IMG/VR virus record: IMGVR_UViG_3300045988_081419
Coordinates: 1 to 64,000 of that record
Length of the DNA stretch: 64,000 nt
Strand: one strand, 5' to 3'
Origin: a virus
Under the pieces are notes generated by a model. That model was not told the DNA's origin and ran no database searches. It was given only the letters and a program-made list of their open reading frames with translations. Made by a program: the position numbers and the translations under genes. Numbering within the stretch: position 1 is the first letter of the stretch; every line of letters begins with the position of its first letter. Of this stretch, positions 10,220 through 19,767 are shown piece by piece.

Positions 10220-10516
10220 CTAAACACTCACAATCTCAAGAACCTCATTGAAGTCTGGAATAAAAATCTTGTCACCATACTCAATATCAAATTCAGTTCT
10301 GTATTTAGGGTTTGCGTCAAGAATAGCCCATCTTAAAGCACTGATACCATAATACTTATAAGAGATACCATCTAAGGTATCACCCTCTACCCACTCATGT
10401 AGTGTACAGTTTGAAAGGTTAAAACTAAACCTATCTCGCTTTTTGAGGATTGGACTATTGTTACCGTTAATAGTGTAGATAGGTGTATGCAGGTATCTTG
10501 AGTTTTCGTACATCAT
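10220..10516 (-). CDS. LysM-like tail protein X
   Basis: 98 aa; GDTLDGISYKYYGISALRWAILDANP...GDKIFIP is LysM-like. Confidence 0.55.
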   Translation of the reverse strand: MMYENSRYLHTPIYTINGNNSPILKKRDRFSFNLSNCTLHEWVEGDTLDGISYKYYGISALRWAILDANPKYRTEFDIEYGDKIFIPDFNEVLEIVSV

Positions 10517-10965
10517 ACCTTACCCACCTGCCTTAATGTAAGTGAGAACCTTGTCATGGTAGGTCTACCATTACTGTCAAGAATTTCATCATTTACTTTT
10601 AATTTTTTTAGTACACATACCTTTACAAAATACCCATAGGCAAATGTAAAGGTAGGTGGTTTTTTAAAACTTGAAGTATTTATTTCTGGTGGCATAAGTG
10701 CTTCAAAGAACTTCCTTGCAGTGTTTATCTTTCCACTATAAGGTTTATCATACATAAACACCTCTACGGAAAATTCTCTCACTTTACCACCAGAATATTG
10801 TGTTAAGGGGTAACTCATACCCGGTGAGTCAATGTCATTAAATTTAGCTTCCCTCTCATAAGGTACAGAGGTAGGGTTAAACTGGCAGACCAATTTTGCA
10901 TTGGTGCTGTTATTCACAAAATAACACTTTGTTTTAGCGTTACTGTTAGCATTAAATCTACTCAT
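10513..10965 (-). CDS. Tube-initiator-like protein (CIS tube protein N-terminal domain)
   Basis: CQFNPTSVPYEREAKFNDI..SYPLTQYSGGKVREFSVEVFMYD fits the FNP...G...L.L.fD tube-fold pattern; immediately after the tape measure. Confidence 0.6.
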   Translation of the reverse strand: MSRFNANSNAKTKCYFVNNSTNAKLVCQFNPTSVPYEREAKFNDIDSPGMSYPLTQYSGGKVREFSVEVFMYDKPYSGKINTARKFFEALMPPEINTSSFKKPPTFTFAYGYFVKVCVLKKLKVNDEILDSNGRPTMTRFSLTLRQVGKV

Positions 10966-10981
10966 GTATTAACCCTCCTCT

Positions 10982-13900
10982 CTAATAAGCTAACTCTAAA
11001 TCTGAGCCTTTTGCTGTCTTGTAATGAGTCATGTTATTTAATTGTCTTTTTCTTTCAATTATTTCCATGATTCTCTCCGCAAGTCTTTCCGCTTCTTGTT
11101 CAGAAGCTCCGTTTGCTTGAATTACAATAGCACCAGACTGGAAGACTACTGAGTTATCAACATTACCCTCTTGTGTGGTTTGTGTTGTGTTACTGTTTGT
11201 GGTGTAGTAGTTGCCCGGAATAACTGGACTACCACCATCACCATTAGGACTAGGTGTTGGAATGAAAGGCTCTGGGTTATCTGGGTCACTCTCTGGAATG
11301 AATCTAGGTACAGAACCCATAGCAGAAGCAACTCCTGTCAAAGCAGAGGTAAATGTACTTGCAATTCCTGTAAGGAAAGAAGTGTTCATTGAACTGTTAG
11401 AGTTAATGATATTACCTACTTTGTTAGCAAGAACTCCAATCCAACCAGTGTTCTTCTCTAAAGGCATTACTGCTTCTTGACCGTCTTCACCTACACCAAT
11501 GACACTCGGCTTTTCAAATACACCACCTTTAGCATACCATGAAACTCCAATATGAGGGATAGAAGGTGGATTCAAACTAAATGAACCACTGATACTAAAG
11601 TGAGGAAGTTTAATGTGTGGAAGTGATAAGTTAGCACCTGTGAATAAGCTTGAAATCTTACTTATTGCACTAGATACAATACTCTTTGCACTATCCATTA
11701 CACTACTGATTTTACTTTTAGCCGATTCAAATACACTTGAAACAGCACTCTTTATTCCTGCTCCTACACTTGTTATTGTACTCTTAACTGCGTTCCATCC
11801 AGTAGAGACAATACTCTTTATACCATTAGTAACATTTGAAATAGTTGATTTAATAGTATTCCAAATGTTGCTTACTGTACTGGAAATCCCATTTAGAATA
11901 CTTGAGATAGTATTCTTAATCCCATTCCAAGAAGAGGAAATGAAACTTGAGATTCCATTCACAACAGTCATAACAACACTTTTAATAGAGTTCCAGATTG
12001 AAGATACTACATTGTAAGCACTCTGTAATACCGTGCTAACAACATTAAAGATGGCATTAAGTGTAGTAGAGATTACATTCCAAATGCTCTGTAATATTGT
12101 ACTTACAAAGTTAAATATAGCACCAAAAATTGTTTGAACACCTTGCCATATTCTATCTAAATCCCCGGTAAAAATTCCTACAATAATATCAAGAATACCA
12201 CTAATGATGTTCATAATACCACTCATAGCAGAACTTATAATGTTCACTATGGTGTTTACTACAGTTACAATAAAGTTCCAAATTCCTTGAATGATAGAAG
12301 AGATAGTTGAGATAACACCTTGGACTAAAGGTACAAGGACATTTACTAAAAACTCTCCAATAGCAGAGATAGCATTGATGATACCTTGAAAAGCAGGAGT
12401 ACTTGCAATTTCTTGTGCTTTTTGTACTACCCAGTCTTTTACCTTTCCAAAAGCGTCCATAACCATTCCGGCTACTTCTACAACTTTGTCTTTCAAATTC
12501 AAGAAAGCGTCAATCACTGGCTGAATAGCTGTCTTTAAGTTATCCCAGATGGACTGTAATCCATCTTTAAGGGAGTTCCAGATATTCATGCCCTCTTCTT
12601 TCAGTGTTTCCCAAATGCCAGACACTTTCGCTTTAAATTCCTCCCAATGTGTCACAGCATAAGTGATAATAGGTGCTAACACTGCCACAATCGATGCAAC
12701 TACTGGTGCTGATAAACCTGCAAAGAAACTTACAATACCACTACCAATAGCTGACAGTCCAGACATTAAAGTACTTCCCAGTGTGGAAAGACCAGAAGTG
12801 ATTGCAGTACCTAAACCACTACTTAAAAAGGTCGTTACCATTCCACTAATCTTAGGGAAGATAGCACCCAACTTACTTGTTAAGCTACCCGGTGACATTA
12901 AAACACTAAAAGCAGATTTTATAAATCCACCTAACTTAGTAAATGTTGGGAACAGTTTTGATACAAACTTTCCGATACCACCGATAGCTTTACCTACACC
13001 TATAAAGGCTTTCCCGATACTTGCTACAACACCTACCACTTTTGCGAGTTTACCAATTACTGAGTCTAACACTTTAAATGCCCCAAAGAATATAACTGCT
13101 TTAGTAGCGAATTTACCAAAGGACTCACCAAAGGTGTACCATGCGTCAGCGTCTCCACTGGAAAGCAATGAGAAAAAGTCGGTCAACTTATCCAATGCTG
13201 TGTCAATAAAAGTACCCTCAAGGTTAGTCTGTAGACCAGATATAAAATTCTTGATACTCTCACTTACCTCTTTAAATCCTGCAATAAATCCCTCTTTAAA
13301 TAAACCGAATCTATATTTAAGGTCAAGAATTGCTTCAATCAAAGGAAGAACCCCTAACTCTTTCGCTTTTAAGAATGTGTCTTCACTTAGCGTAAATCCA
13401 TCTTCACTATTCCACAATTCTGCTAAGGCTCTACACACTACCATTAACTTCATAAGACCTACAGTAAGGTTATTCCAAAAACCACCCTTACTTTGTAAGT
13501 CTGTCACTACATTCATCATTCCCCCGACACTCATGTTAATAGCATTTTGGGCTGTAGCAAAAGAATTACCTAAATGCTGAACAAAACTTGTGACGAGAGT
13601 TCTCATACCTGCAAAGTCTGTTTTCCATGCTAAGTACATTCCACCCACAGCTAAACCAAGTGGCACTACTCTTGAAGCAATAGCTTTGATACCACCTACA
13701 AGAATACTTCTCATAGAAGCAAAGCTACCACCCATAGCAATGAATACTGTAGAAAGCCCGGACATTGAAGAAACTACTTTAAGTGCAAGACCTGTAAGTG
13801 TTAAAAGAACACCTGCAAATGCTACTAACTGCACTACAAACTTCGCAAGTTTAGGCTGTGTTGTTGTTAGCTTAGTAACCCACCTAATGAAGTTACCAAT

Positions 13901-14818
13901 AGCTTCTCCGGCTTTTACTAAAGGCTTTACAATAAAGCTGAGACTTTCTGCAAGCACTTGAGCAATGGTAGCCATTTGTGCTTCATCAATCTCAAAGATA
14001 GCTGTTGTAATACCTTGAAGAGCCGATTTCAAATCATTAAATACACCTGCGTCTCCTACTGCAAGGAATAGTCTGGTGAATTGGTCGGACACGTTAGAAA
14101 GTGTTTGAGACCATGTACCCATGTTCTTCATCATAAGACCTGCAACACCTAAGTTATCTGCTAAGTCTGCAAAGTCTTGTGCAATCTGTTCTGGTGTGTC
14201 ACCCCAAGAACGACCTAAAATACCCTCAACATCAACGTCAAGAGCATTTTTTAAGGAACGAACTTCACCACTAAATGCGTTTCGGATAGCTGTACCCCAC
14301 TGCATTGCAGGTACATCTGGTCTAAATGCCATCAAGTCTCCAATAAAGCCCATCATTTCTTGTTGGAAACCATTCTTAGCACTTGTCATTGTCGCAAAAG
14401 CGTCAAGACCATTCGCTGTAATAGTAGTGAACATACCAGATAGGTCATTGATTTCAAAAGGTGTTTTAGCGGCAAACTCCATGAGTTTACTTACTGCTTT
14501 TTGACCTTTTTCTGCGTCACCAGTTAAAGCATTTACAGTGATACGCAAGTTCTCAAACTGACTACCAGTATCTATCGTTCCTTGTAGTAACTTCTGGAAC
14601 ATTCCAGTTATTGTATTTCCCATACTTAGAAAGGTGTCACCTAACTGTCCTGTCATTACTGACAATGAACTTAAAGCAGTTATATCAGCCATTCTATTTA
14701 TGGAGTCTGTTGATTGTTCTGCCATCTGAGTCAGTCTTGTCAACTGATTCGCCGCATTATTGATTCCGGCAGTAGCATTGTCAGTAAAGGATAGGATTAG
14801 TCCTAAACCAAAATCCAT
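10982..14818 (-). CDS. Tape measure protein
   Basis: 1278 aa; hydrophobic/TM-rich centre; long run of about 11-aa periodic repeats (..IWNxIKSxISxV..); sits between chaperone and baseplate genes. Confidence 0.85.
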   Translation of the reverse strand: MDFGLGLILSFTDNATAGINNAANQLTRLTQMAEQSTDSINRMADITALSSLSVMTGQLGDTFLSMGNTITGMFQKLLQGTIDTGSQFENLRITVNALTGDAEKGQKAVSKLMEFAAKTPFEINDLSGMFTTITANGLDAFATMTSAKNGFQQEMMGFIGDLMAFRPDVPAMQWGTAIRNAFSGEVRSLKNALDVDVEGILGRSWGDTPEQIAQDFADLADNLGVAGLMMKNMGTWSQTLSNVSDQFTRLFLAVGDAGVFNDLKSALQGITTAIFEIDEAQMATIAQVLAESLSFIVKPLVKAGEAIGNFIRWVTKLTTTQPKLAKFVVQLVAFAGVLLTLTGLALKVVSSMSGLSTVFIAMGGSFASMRSILVGGIKAIASRVVPLGLAVGGMYLAWKTDFAGMRTLVTSFVQHLGNSFATAQNAINMSVGGMMNVVTDLQSKGGFWNNLTVGLMKLMVVCRALAELWNSEDGFTLSEDTFLKAKELGVLPLIEAILDLKYRFGLFKEGFIAGFKEVSESIKNFISGLQTNLEGTFIDTALDKLTDFFSLLSSGDADAWYTFGESFGKFATKAVIFFGAFKVLDSVIGKLAKVVGVVASIGKAFIGVGKAIGGIGKFVSKLFPTFTKLGGFIKSAFSVLMSPGSLTSKLGAIFPKISGMVTTFLSSGLGTAITSGLSTLGSTLMSGLSAIGSGIVSFFAGLSAPVVASIVAVLAPIITYAVTHWEEFKAKVSGIWETLKEEGMNIWNSLKDGLQSIWDNLKTAIQPVIDAFLNLKDKVVEVAGMVMDAFGKVKDWVVQKAQEIASTPAFQGIINAISAIGEFLVNVLVPLVQGVISTISSIIQGIWNFIVTVVNTIVNIISSAMSGIMNIISGILDIIVGIFTGDLDRIWQGVQTIFGAIFNFVSTILQSIWNVISTTLNAIFNVVSTVLQSAYNVVSSIWNSIKSVVMTVVNGISSFISSSWNGIKNTISSILNGISSTVSNIWNTIKSTISNVTNGIKSIVSTGWNAVKSTITSVGAGIKSAVSSVFESAKSKISSVMDSAKSIVSSAISKISSLFTGANLSLPHIKLPHFSISGSFSLNPPSIPHIGVSWYAKGGVFEKPSVIGVGEDGQEAVMPLEKNTGWIGVLANKVGNIINSNSSMNTSFLTGIASTFTSALTGVASAMGSVPRFIPESDPDNPEPFIPTPSPNGDGGSPVIPGNYYTTNSNTTQTTQEGNVDNSVVFQSGAIVIQANGASEQEAERLAERIMEIIERKRQLNNMTHYKTAKGSDLELAY

Positions 14819-14838
14819 GAGGTAAACCTCCTTTCTTC

Positions 14839-15078
14839 TTATCTACTTTCTTTATAAGAAGACCTTGGAGTATTACCACTATTATTCCCACTTTTAGCTT
14901 CGGCTTTACACTGTTGCTTGATTCTATCATTGAAGACTCCTCTTTCGTGACAAGGAATTTCCCAACACTCTTTTCTGCTCCAATGATAAAAATATGCAAG
15001 ATTGTGGACTTCCATCAATGTCACTTCAAGAGGGGAGAGAAGTAAAATCTCTTCCCCCAGAAATGACATGAACTCCAT
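14839..15078 (-). CDS. Tail assembly chaperone -1 frame extension (gpT-like part)
   Basis: ATG overlaps the upstream stop (TAATG). The ORF is in the -1 frame relative to 15078..15935, directly after a T_TTT_TTC slippery heptamer. Confidence 0.55.
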   Translation of the reverse strand: MEFMSFLGEEILLLSPLEVTLMEVHNLAYFYHWSRKECWEIPCHERGVFNDRIKQQCKAEAKSGNNSGNTPRSSYKESR

Positions 15079-15935
15079 TAGAAAAAATCGGAGCTACCCA
15101 CCTGTCCAGTAAGTTCTTCACCACACACATCACAAGTGATTTCAAGATTACTGTCAATACCGAAGACATTTTCCTTGATTAAATTCTCTAAGTACTCTCT
15201 GTCTCTTAAACTCATTTCCGCTACTCTGTCATTGAACACTGGTGTTCCGTCATCAAAACTCATTAAACGAGTTAAGAGCATTGTTGTACCAGAAGCCATG
15301 TTCTTCTTCATAATCGGGAAGATGATTTCTCTGTCAAGACCTGTAATCTGTTTAAGAGTACCTGTCTTATGTACAACTCCCTTTGTATCTTTGTAACCTC
15401 TTCCCGGCAATTCAAAAGATACTGTATAAAGACCACTGAAAGGAATGATTTCAAATTCATCAATACCTACAACAGTCTTTAAAGTTGCCTTACAGTTAGG
15501 ACACTTATGGGTAAAGGTAATGTCATTACCCTTAGAAAGCTGTCTTACTTTCATAGCCATGTAATCAAGGTCTGCACCTAACATGGACTTAATAAGTTCT
15601 CCCCAATTCTTCGGACCGAGTTCTTTTCGTGTTTTTCCTCCAATGTCAATCAGTGTTCTCTCAAGCAGAGTGTTCACCAGTTTAGCACCATTGGCACGAA
15701 CATCTGGTTTGTTGATTGCTTCTTCATCTTTACCGTTCATTTCACGATAAGAGAATGTTCTCAGCATATTCCCCTCATACTCAATACCTGCTAAAAGAGG
15801 TTCGTCTCTCACTACACCATCTTCGTCTGTAGGAATCTCACCCATTTGACGAATGTTCTCGTTTTCAATCTGCTCCACTACACTTGACATATCGTTTTTT
15901 TCAGCTTTTTTTAATGCCATGATAATTACCTCCAA
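15078..15935 (-). CDS. Tail assembly chaperone (gpG-like, Zn-ribbon containing)
   Basis: 285 aa between tube and tape-measure genes; CPNC...CDVC cysteine pairs; ends in the slippery site. Confidence 0.5.
   Translation of the reverse strand: MEVIIMALKKAEKNDMSSVVEQIENENIRQMGEIPTDEDGVVRDEPLLAGIEYEGNMLRTFSYREMNGKDEEAINKPDVRANGAKLVNTLLERTLIDIGGKTRKELGPKNWGELIKSMLGADLDYMAMKVRQLSKGNDITFTHKCPNCKATLKTVVGIDEFEIIPFSGLYTVSFELPGRGYKDTKGVVHKTGTLKQITGLDREIIFPIMKKNMASGTTMLLTRLMSFDDGTPVFNDRVAEMSLRDREYLENLIKENVFGIDSNLEITCDVCGEELTGQVGSSDFF
15081..15087 (-). promoter_or_regulatory. Candidate -1 programmed ribosomal frameshift slippery site (T TTT TTC)
   Basis: Minus strand reads GAT TTT TTC TAA TGG. X_XXY_YYZ heptamer at the last two codons; a -1 slip reads CTA ATG GAG into ORF 14839..15078. 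Confidence 0.55.
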
Positions 15936-15960
15936 ATTTTATTTGATAAGTATATAATAC

Positions 15961-15990
15961 AACAAAAACCTCCCTATTGCAATAGGGAGG
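15961..15990 (-). terminator. Rho-independent terminator after the tube gene
   Basis: Perfect 22-nt palindrome CCTCCCTATTGCAATAGGGAGG followed on the minus strand by UUUUUGUU. Confidence 0.7.
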
Positions 15991-16011
15991 TTTTCTGCTA
16001 TTCTTTTGCTC

Positions 16012-16488
16012 TTATAAGAAGTACTCAAACACCATAGTAAGTGTCTCAATGATTACGTCACTACTTGTAGCGTCCAAGTCGGCACATTCATACTTGCTGA
16101 ACCATGCTTCTGCACACTTAAACTCTCTACGGATTTTTCCGAATCTGTCACAAATCTGAATGACTACCGTATTACGAACTGTGTTGTTGTTAAACACTGT
16201 CTCATAAATACCTTGCAGGTAATCATCAGCATACATACCTCTTTCAAAGGTAACTTCTCCAACAGATTCTCTACCCGGAAGTTTGTGAGCGTGGTTGTAC
16301 ATATTTTCAAAGTACTCAACTACCTCAACTTCTCTGCTGAGACCACCGACTTTCTGGAATCCAACACCTGTCGGAAGACCCGGAATGGAAACCTTAAACA
16401 TGAAAGACTGTAATGGGTCAGCTTCAATAGTTCTGGAAGCGTGTGCCGATAAAGCAATACTCTTAAACATATTGTATAACTTATTCAT
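16012..16488 (-). CDS. Tail tube protein (T4 gp19-like fold)
   Basis: FMFKVSIPGLPTGVGFQKVGGLSREVEVVEYFE matches the conserved tube-protein motif. Confidence 0.8.
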   Translation of the reverse strand: MNKLYNMFKSIALSAHASRTIEADPLQSFMFKVSIPGLPTGVGFQKVGGLSREVEVVEYFENMYNHAHKLPGRESVGEVTFERGMYADDYLQGIYETVFNNNTVRNTVVIQICDRFGKIRREFKCAEAWFSKYECADLDATSSDVIIETLTMVFEYFL

Positions 16489-16505
16489 CTTTACTTCCTC
16501 CTTTA

Positions 16506-17939
16506 TTAAGACTGGCTATCCATTGAGTGAGCCAATTTAATGACTACAAACTCAGCAGGTTTAACCGGAGCATAACCGATTTCAACATACAAGAAGCCAT
16601 TGTTAATAGTTGCGTCTGTGTTGTTTGTAGCGTCACACTTCACATAGTACGCTTCATCAGAAGTACCTTTTAAAGCACCACTTAAACGAAGAGTCTCAAG
16701 GAAGTCTTGACAAGTAGCTGTTACCCTACTCCACAAGGTCTCGTCATTAGGTTCAAACACCGCAAACTGAGTTCCTGCATACAAGGACTTTTTGATATTG
16801 TAATTGATAATAACATCAGTTACATATCTCATATCCGCTTTTGGATTAAGACCTCTTGCTCCCCAGATAACAATACCTGCGTTTGTTCTAGGAACAATAC
16901 AGATAACACCAACTGGGTTTAACTGTGCTACATCAGAATCAGTAAGTTTCTTCTCCATAGAAATGAAACCTTTTACTACAGCGTCTACTCCGGCAGGTGC
17001 TTTCTTGATACCCTGTTGTCCAATGACTCTTGAGTACACACCCATCACATGACCTGCTGTTGGTACTAACTTAGTGCCATTTGTCAGAGGGTCACTCACA
17101 TAACCCCAAGGATAAGCTAAACAGCCACCATAAGCACTGATAGTCTTTCTGTACTCTTTTGTAGCTTTCACTGTACTTCCTACTGGCATATCCAAAATCG
17201 GGAATAACAAGTGAGCGTCACAGTAAGTCATAACACCGTCATTTACTGCTGTAGAAGTCTGACCCGGAATAGCAAGGAAACTTGCGTCATCAATGGTACT
17301 ACATACTTCCATAGCAGTAATATAGTCAGAATCTTGCAGGTCTTCAATACCATCTGCACCACCAGCTAAAGTGATTGTTTCCTCAGACAGCTTACTAACT
17401 GTTCCAGAAGCAACTACCCAGTTCTGAGTTGTAATGTTAGTATTGATTGCATTAACAATAGTGTCTTTTGTAACCTCAGTGATTGTAGCCACACCATCAT
17501 CTGAATTACTCATGGTAATAATTACATCAAACACCTCATTGTCACTTTCCTCCCAATCTGCACTCTTTTTAATCTGTACAGTAGGAGTGATTGCACCCTC
17601 ATACTTTGCTTCAATGGTAAGTCCGGCATTTGTTGTAGCTTCTTTCTTTGCTTTAGCCGCAGTCTTAGAAGCAACACGCACAACGTATAACTGATTTCCC
17701 CCATTAGCGAAAAATCCATACACAGAGTAAGGCAAATCACTGTTGGACATGAAAGGTGTTTCTAAACCATTGGCAAAGTTCTGAATAAATTCAGACCAAG
17801 AAGAAACTAAAACTGGCTCTCCCACAGGTCCACTCTTCATAGCACCTAACAGAATACCAATCGTGGAACTTGCTTGTTGAATAGGACTCGCACCTGTAGC
17901 AACGTCTTGAATATATACGTCTGGTCTGTTAAAATCCAT
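16506..17939 (-). CDS. Contractile tail sheath protein
   Basis: 477 aa; N-terminal RPDVYIQDV (PGVYxxE-like); directly upstream of the tube gene. Confidence 0.8.
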   Translation of the reverse strand: MDFNRPDVYIQDVATGASPIQQASSTIGILLGAMKSGPVGEPVLVSSWSEFIQNFANGLETPFMSNSDLPYSVYGFFANGGNQLYVVRVASKTAAKAKKEATTNAGLTIEAKYEGAITPTVQIKKSADWEESDNEVFDVIITMSNSDDGVATITEVTKDTIVNAINTNITTQNWVVASGTVSKLSEETITLAGGADGIEDLQDSDYITAMEVCSTIDDASFLAIPGQTSTAVNDGVMTYCDAHLLFPILDMPVGSTVKATKEYRKTISAYGGCLAYPWGYVSDPLTNGTKLVPTAGHVMGVYSRVIGQQGIKKAPAGVDAVVKGFISMEKKLTDSDVAQLNPVGVICIVPRTNAGIVIWGARGLNPKADMRYVTDVIINYNIKKSLYAGTQFAVFEPNDETLWSRVTATCQDFLETLRLSGALKGTSDEAYYVKCDATNNTDATINNGFLYVEIGYAPVKPAEFVVIKLAHSMDSQS

Positions 17940-17942
17940 TAT

Positions 17943-18203
17943 TTATTCCTCCTTATCTTTATTCTCTACTGTTTTCACAGCAGGTTTCTTTTTAACCGAT
18001 TTTGTATCGGAAACCTCTCTCAGTGTCAGAATCTTAACTGACACCAAACTCTTAATGTAGTCTGTACACTGCTTATCTGTCAATGTTACTTCCTTACCCG
18101 GAAAAAGTCTCAGTGTGGACTTATCACCAAGAGTACAAACTAGAGGTCTGTTTGTTGTTACATTCTTAATGATGAACATAATAAACCTCCTAACTCTCCT
18201 CAC
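17943..18203 (-). CDS. Hypothetical small structural-module protein
   Basis: 86-aa co-oriented ORF between the terminator-like and sheath genes. Confidence 0.4.
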   Translation of the reverse strand: MRRVRRFIMFIIKNVTTNRPLVCTLGDKSTLRLFPGKEVTLTDKQCTDYIKSLVSVKILTLREVSDTKSVKKKPAVKTVENKDKEE

Positions 18204-18792
18204 TCATAGGTTTACTATCAGCTTGAAGATTTCTTTCTGCAACCATGCTTACATTATAACCTACTTCGTCATCTAATTCTACCCATATCACATAAGAAAT
18301 TATAGAATGGAATAGTCTTTTCTGATTCTTTAAAAGGTCAGACTCCCTCATATTCTCATTTAACAATACATTTGAAGACCTTTCAACACCTCCGTCATCA
18401 ATCACTTTAAGATTGAATTGCCGGAAGTGTCTTCTTAACCATGAACTTGTCATAATGTTTATGTCTTCTTTATATCTCGACCAAAAATCAATCTGGTATG
18501 TGAGATTAAAGGGAATAGCTGAGTCCTGCATTTCGAGTGTATTCTCTTCTTTGTTCCTGCTTAAAATCACAGGGTTAGGGTTATACCTCTTAGGGTCAAA
18601 CTTAGGAAACAAAGGAGTAATTGTAATACATGGAATGTTTTCGTCCTTGAGGTCTTCTTCTGGGTCTCTTACAAACACCATTTCTTCTGTAACTGGCACT
18701 CTCTTACCAGAAATGTCAAGATAGGAGACTGTCTTTAAAATCTCTTCTTTCAAACCTCTCTCAACTTCTTCAAACCAAACATTAGCTGGCAT
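18190..18792 (-). CDS. Putative tail terminator / tail completion protein (DUF4255-like)
   Basis: 200 aa just upstream of the sheath; PFNLTYQIDFWSRYKEDINIMTSSWL resembles the DUF4255 core; weak. Confidence 0.4.
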   Translation of the reverse strand: MPANVWFEEVERGLKEEILKTVSYLDISGKRVPVTEEMVFVRDPEEDLKDENIPCITITPLFPKFDPKRYNPNPVILSRNKEENTLEMQDSAIPFNLTYQIDFWSRYKEDINIMTSSWLRRHFRQFNLKVIDDGGVERSSNVLLNENMRESDLLKNQKRLFHSIISYVIWVELDDEVGYNVSMVAERNLQADSKPMSEES

Positions 18793-18806
18793 ACTCTTTC
18801 ACCTCC

Positions 18807-19283
18807 TTATGGTTCAACTATATCTTTAAACAACTCAGTCCAACTCTTTTGCAAAAGGTCTTTTACCTCCTCAAAAGTCGGTCTTATGAGTGGTCTTGCA
18901 GGCATACGGTCTGTACCATATTCAATCCAAATCATCAAGTCACTCATTTTCATTCCACCCTCATGTGCTTTCCAAGGAGAAGCACCAACAAAAATTGTTG
19001 AGCCGGAAACAGTAGACTTAATTCTTCGGACTTCAAGACCATTCACTAACTGACCTTTCTCAATCAGAATAGTGGTGTCACCACCTTTAAGTTCAACAGT
19101 ATGGTCTGATAGAGGTGTCCACCCTAAATCTTGACTGTAGACATGACCTTTCATCTTCTCAAGTACCATCTGTCCATCTTCATAGAATTTGGCTTCAAAA
19201 GCAGGTTTTAATTTCACCGCCATGTTTCTCATGTGAATACCTGCTCTATTCCAATCTCCTGTCATCTGCATTTTCAGAGACAT
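18807..19283 (-). CDS. Neck / tail-completion protein (HK97 gp10-like)
   Basis: GTDRMPARPLIRP motif. Start moved to internal ATG (MSLKMQM) preceded by GAGGGTGG; the longer ORF overlaps the upstream gene by 110 nt. Confidence 0.5.
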   Translation of the reverse strand: MSLKMQMTGDWNRAGIHMRNMAVKLKPAFEAKFYEDGQMVLEKMKGHVYSQDLGWTPLSDHTVELKGGDTTILIEKGQLVNGLEVRRIKSTVSGSTIFVGASPWKAHEGGMKMSDLMIWIEYGTDRMPARPLIRPTFEEVKDLLQKSWTELFKDIVEP

Positions 19284-19767
19284 TAACACCACCCTCTTCT
19301 TCAATGTCATCAGTAACATAAACTGAGGTAACATCTTTCCGATACTCACATTCAAACAACACTGTTAAGAAAACGTCCTCAACGAATGTGTTTGGTTTCA
19401 CTGTCTTAACTTCATAGAAAGCACCATGAAACTCAATGTAGGCTCTTCTTAAAATATCCCAGTCTTTTTCTGTTTGACAAGCAACACCATTATCTCTCAA
19501 GGACTTAAAGGGAACAGTAAATTTAGGCAAATCTTTTACCTCAGACTCTACTACCTCTTCCTTTTTAATCTTCATGTTTGACTGTGCTTTTGCGACAAGA
19601 AGTACTGGTTTCCTATATTTCTTAACTTTAGACTCTTTATAGAACCCTCCGTCAGTTCTGGGGTCTAAGAGGTATAACTTAATACCATCATTAACCCCGT
19701 CAGTAAACATTATGGAATATACTTCATTAAGACCATCAACAAAAGCGTCTTGAATTTCTTTATCCAT
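19246..19767 (-). CDS. Head-tail adaptor / head closure protein
   Basis: 173 aa in the connector block; positional call. Confidence 0.4.
   Translation of the reverse strand: MDKEIQDAFVDGLNEVYSIMFTDGVNDGIKLYLLDPRTDGGFYKESKVKKYRKPVLLVAKAQSNMKIKKEEVVESEVKDLPKFTVPFKSLRDNGVACQTEKDWDILRRAYIEFHGAFYEVKTVKPNTFVEDVFLTVLFECEYRKDVTSVYVTDDIEEEGGVNVSENADDRRLE

Noticed and set aside
12663-13580. 305-aa plus-strand ORF (and neighbours 11613..12017, 13590..13961, 14121..14504) inside the tape-measure gene
   Set aside because: They are antisense to a 1278-aa ORF with clear TMP character. Their low-complexity translations mirror the TMP repeat periodicity, and they have no independent start context. Classic shadow ORFs.
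14781-14999. 72-aa minus-strand ORF bridging the chaperone extension and the TMP start
   Set aside because: It overlaps both better-supported ORFs (14839..15078 and 10982..14818) out of frame.
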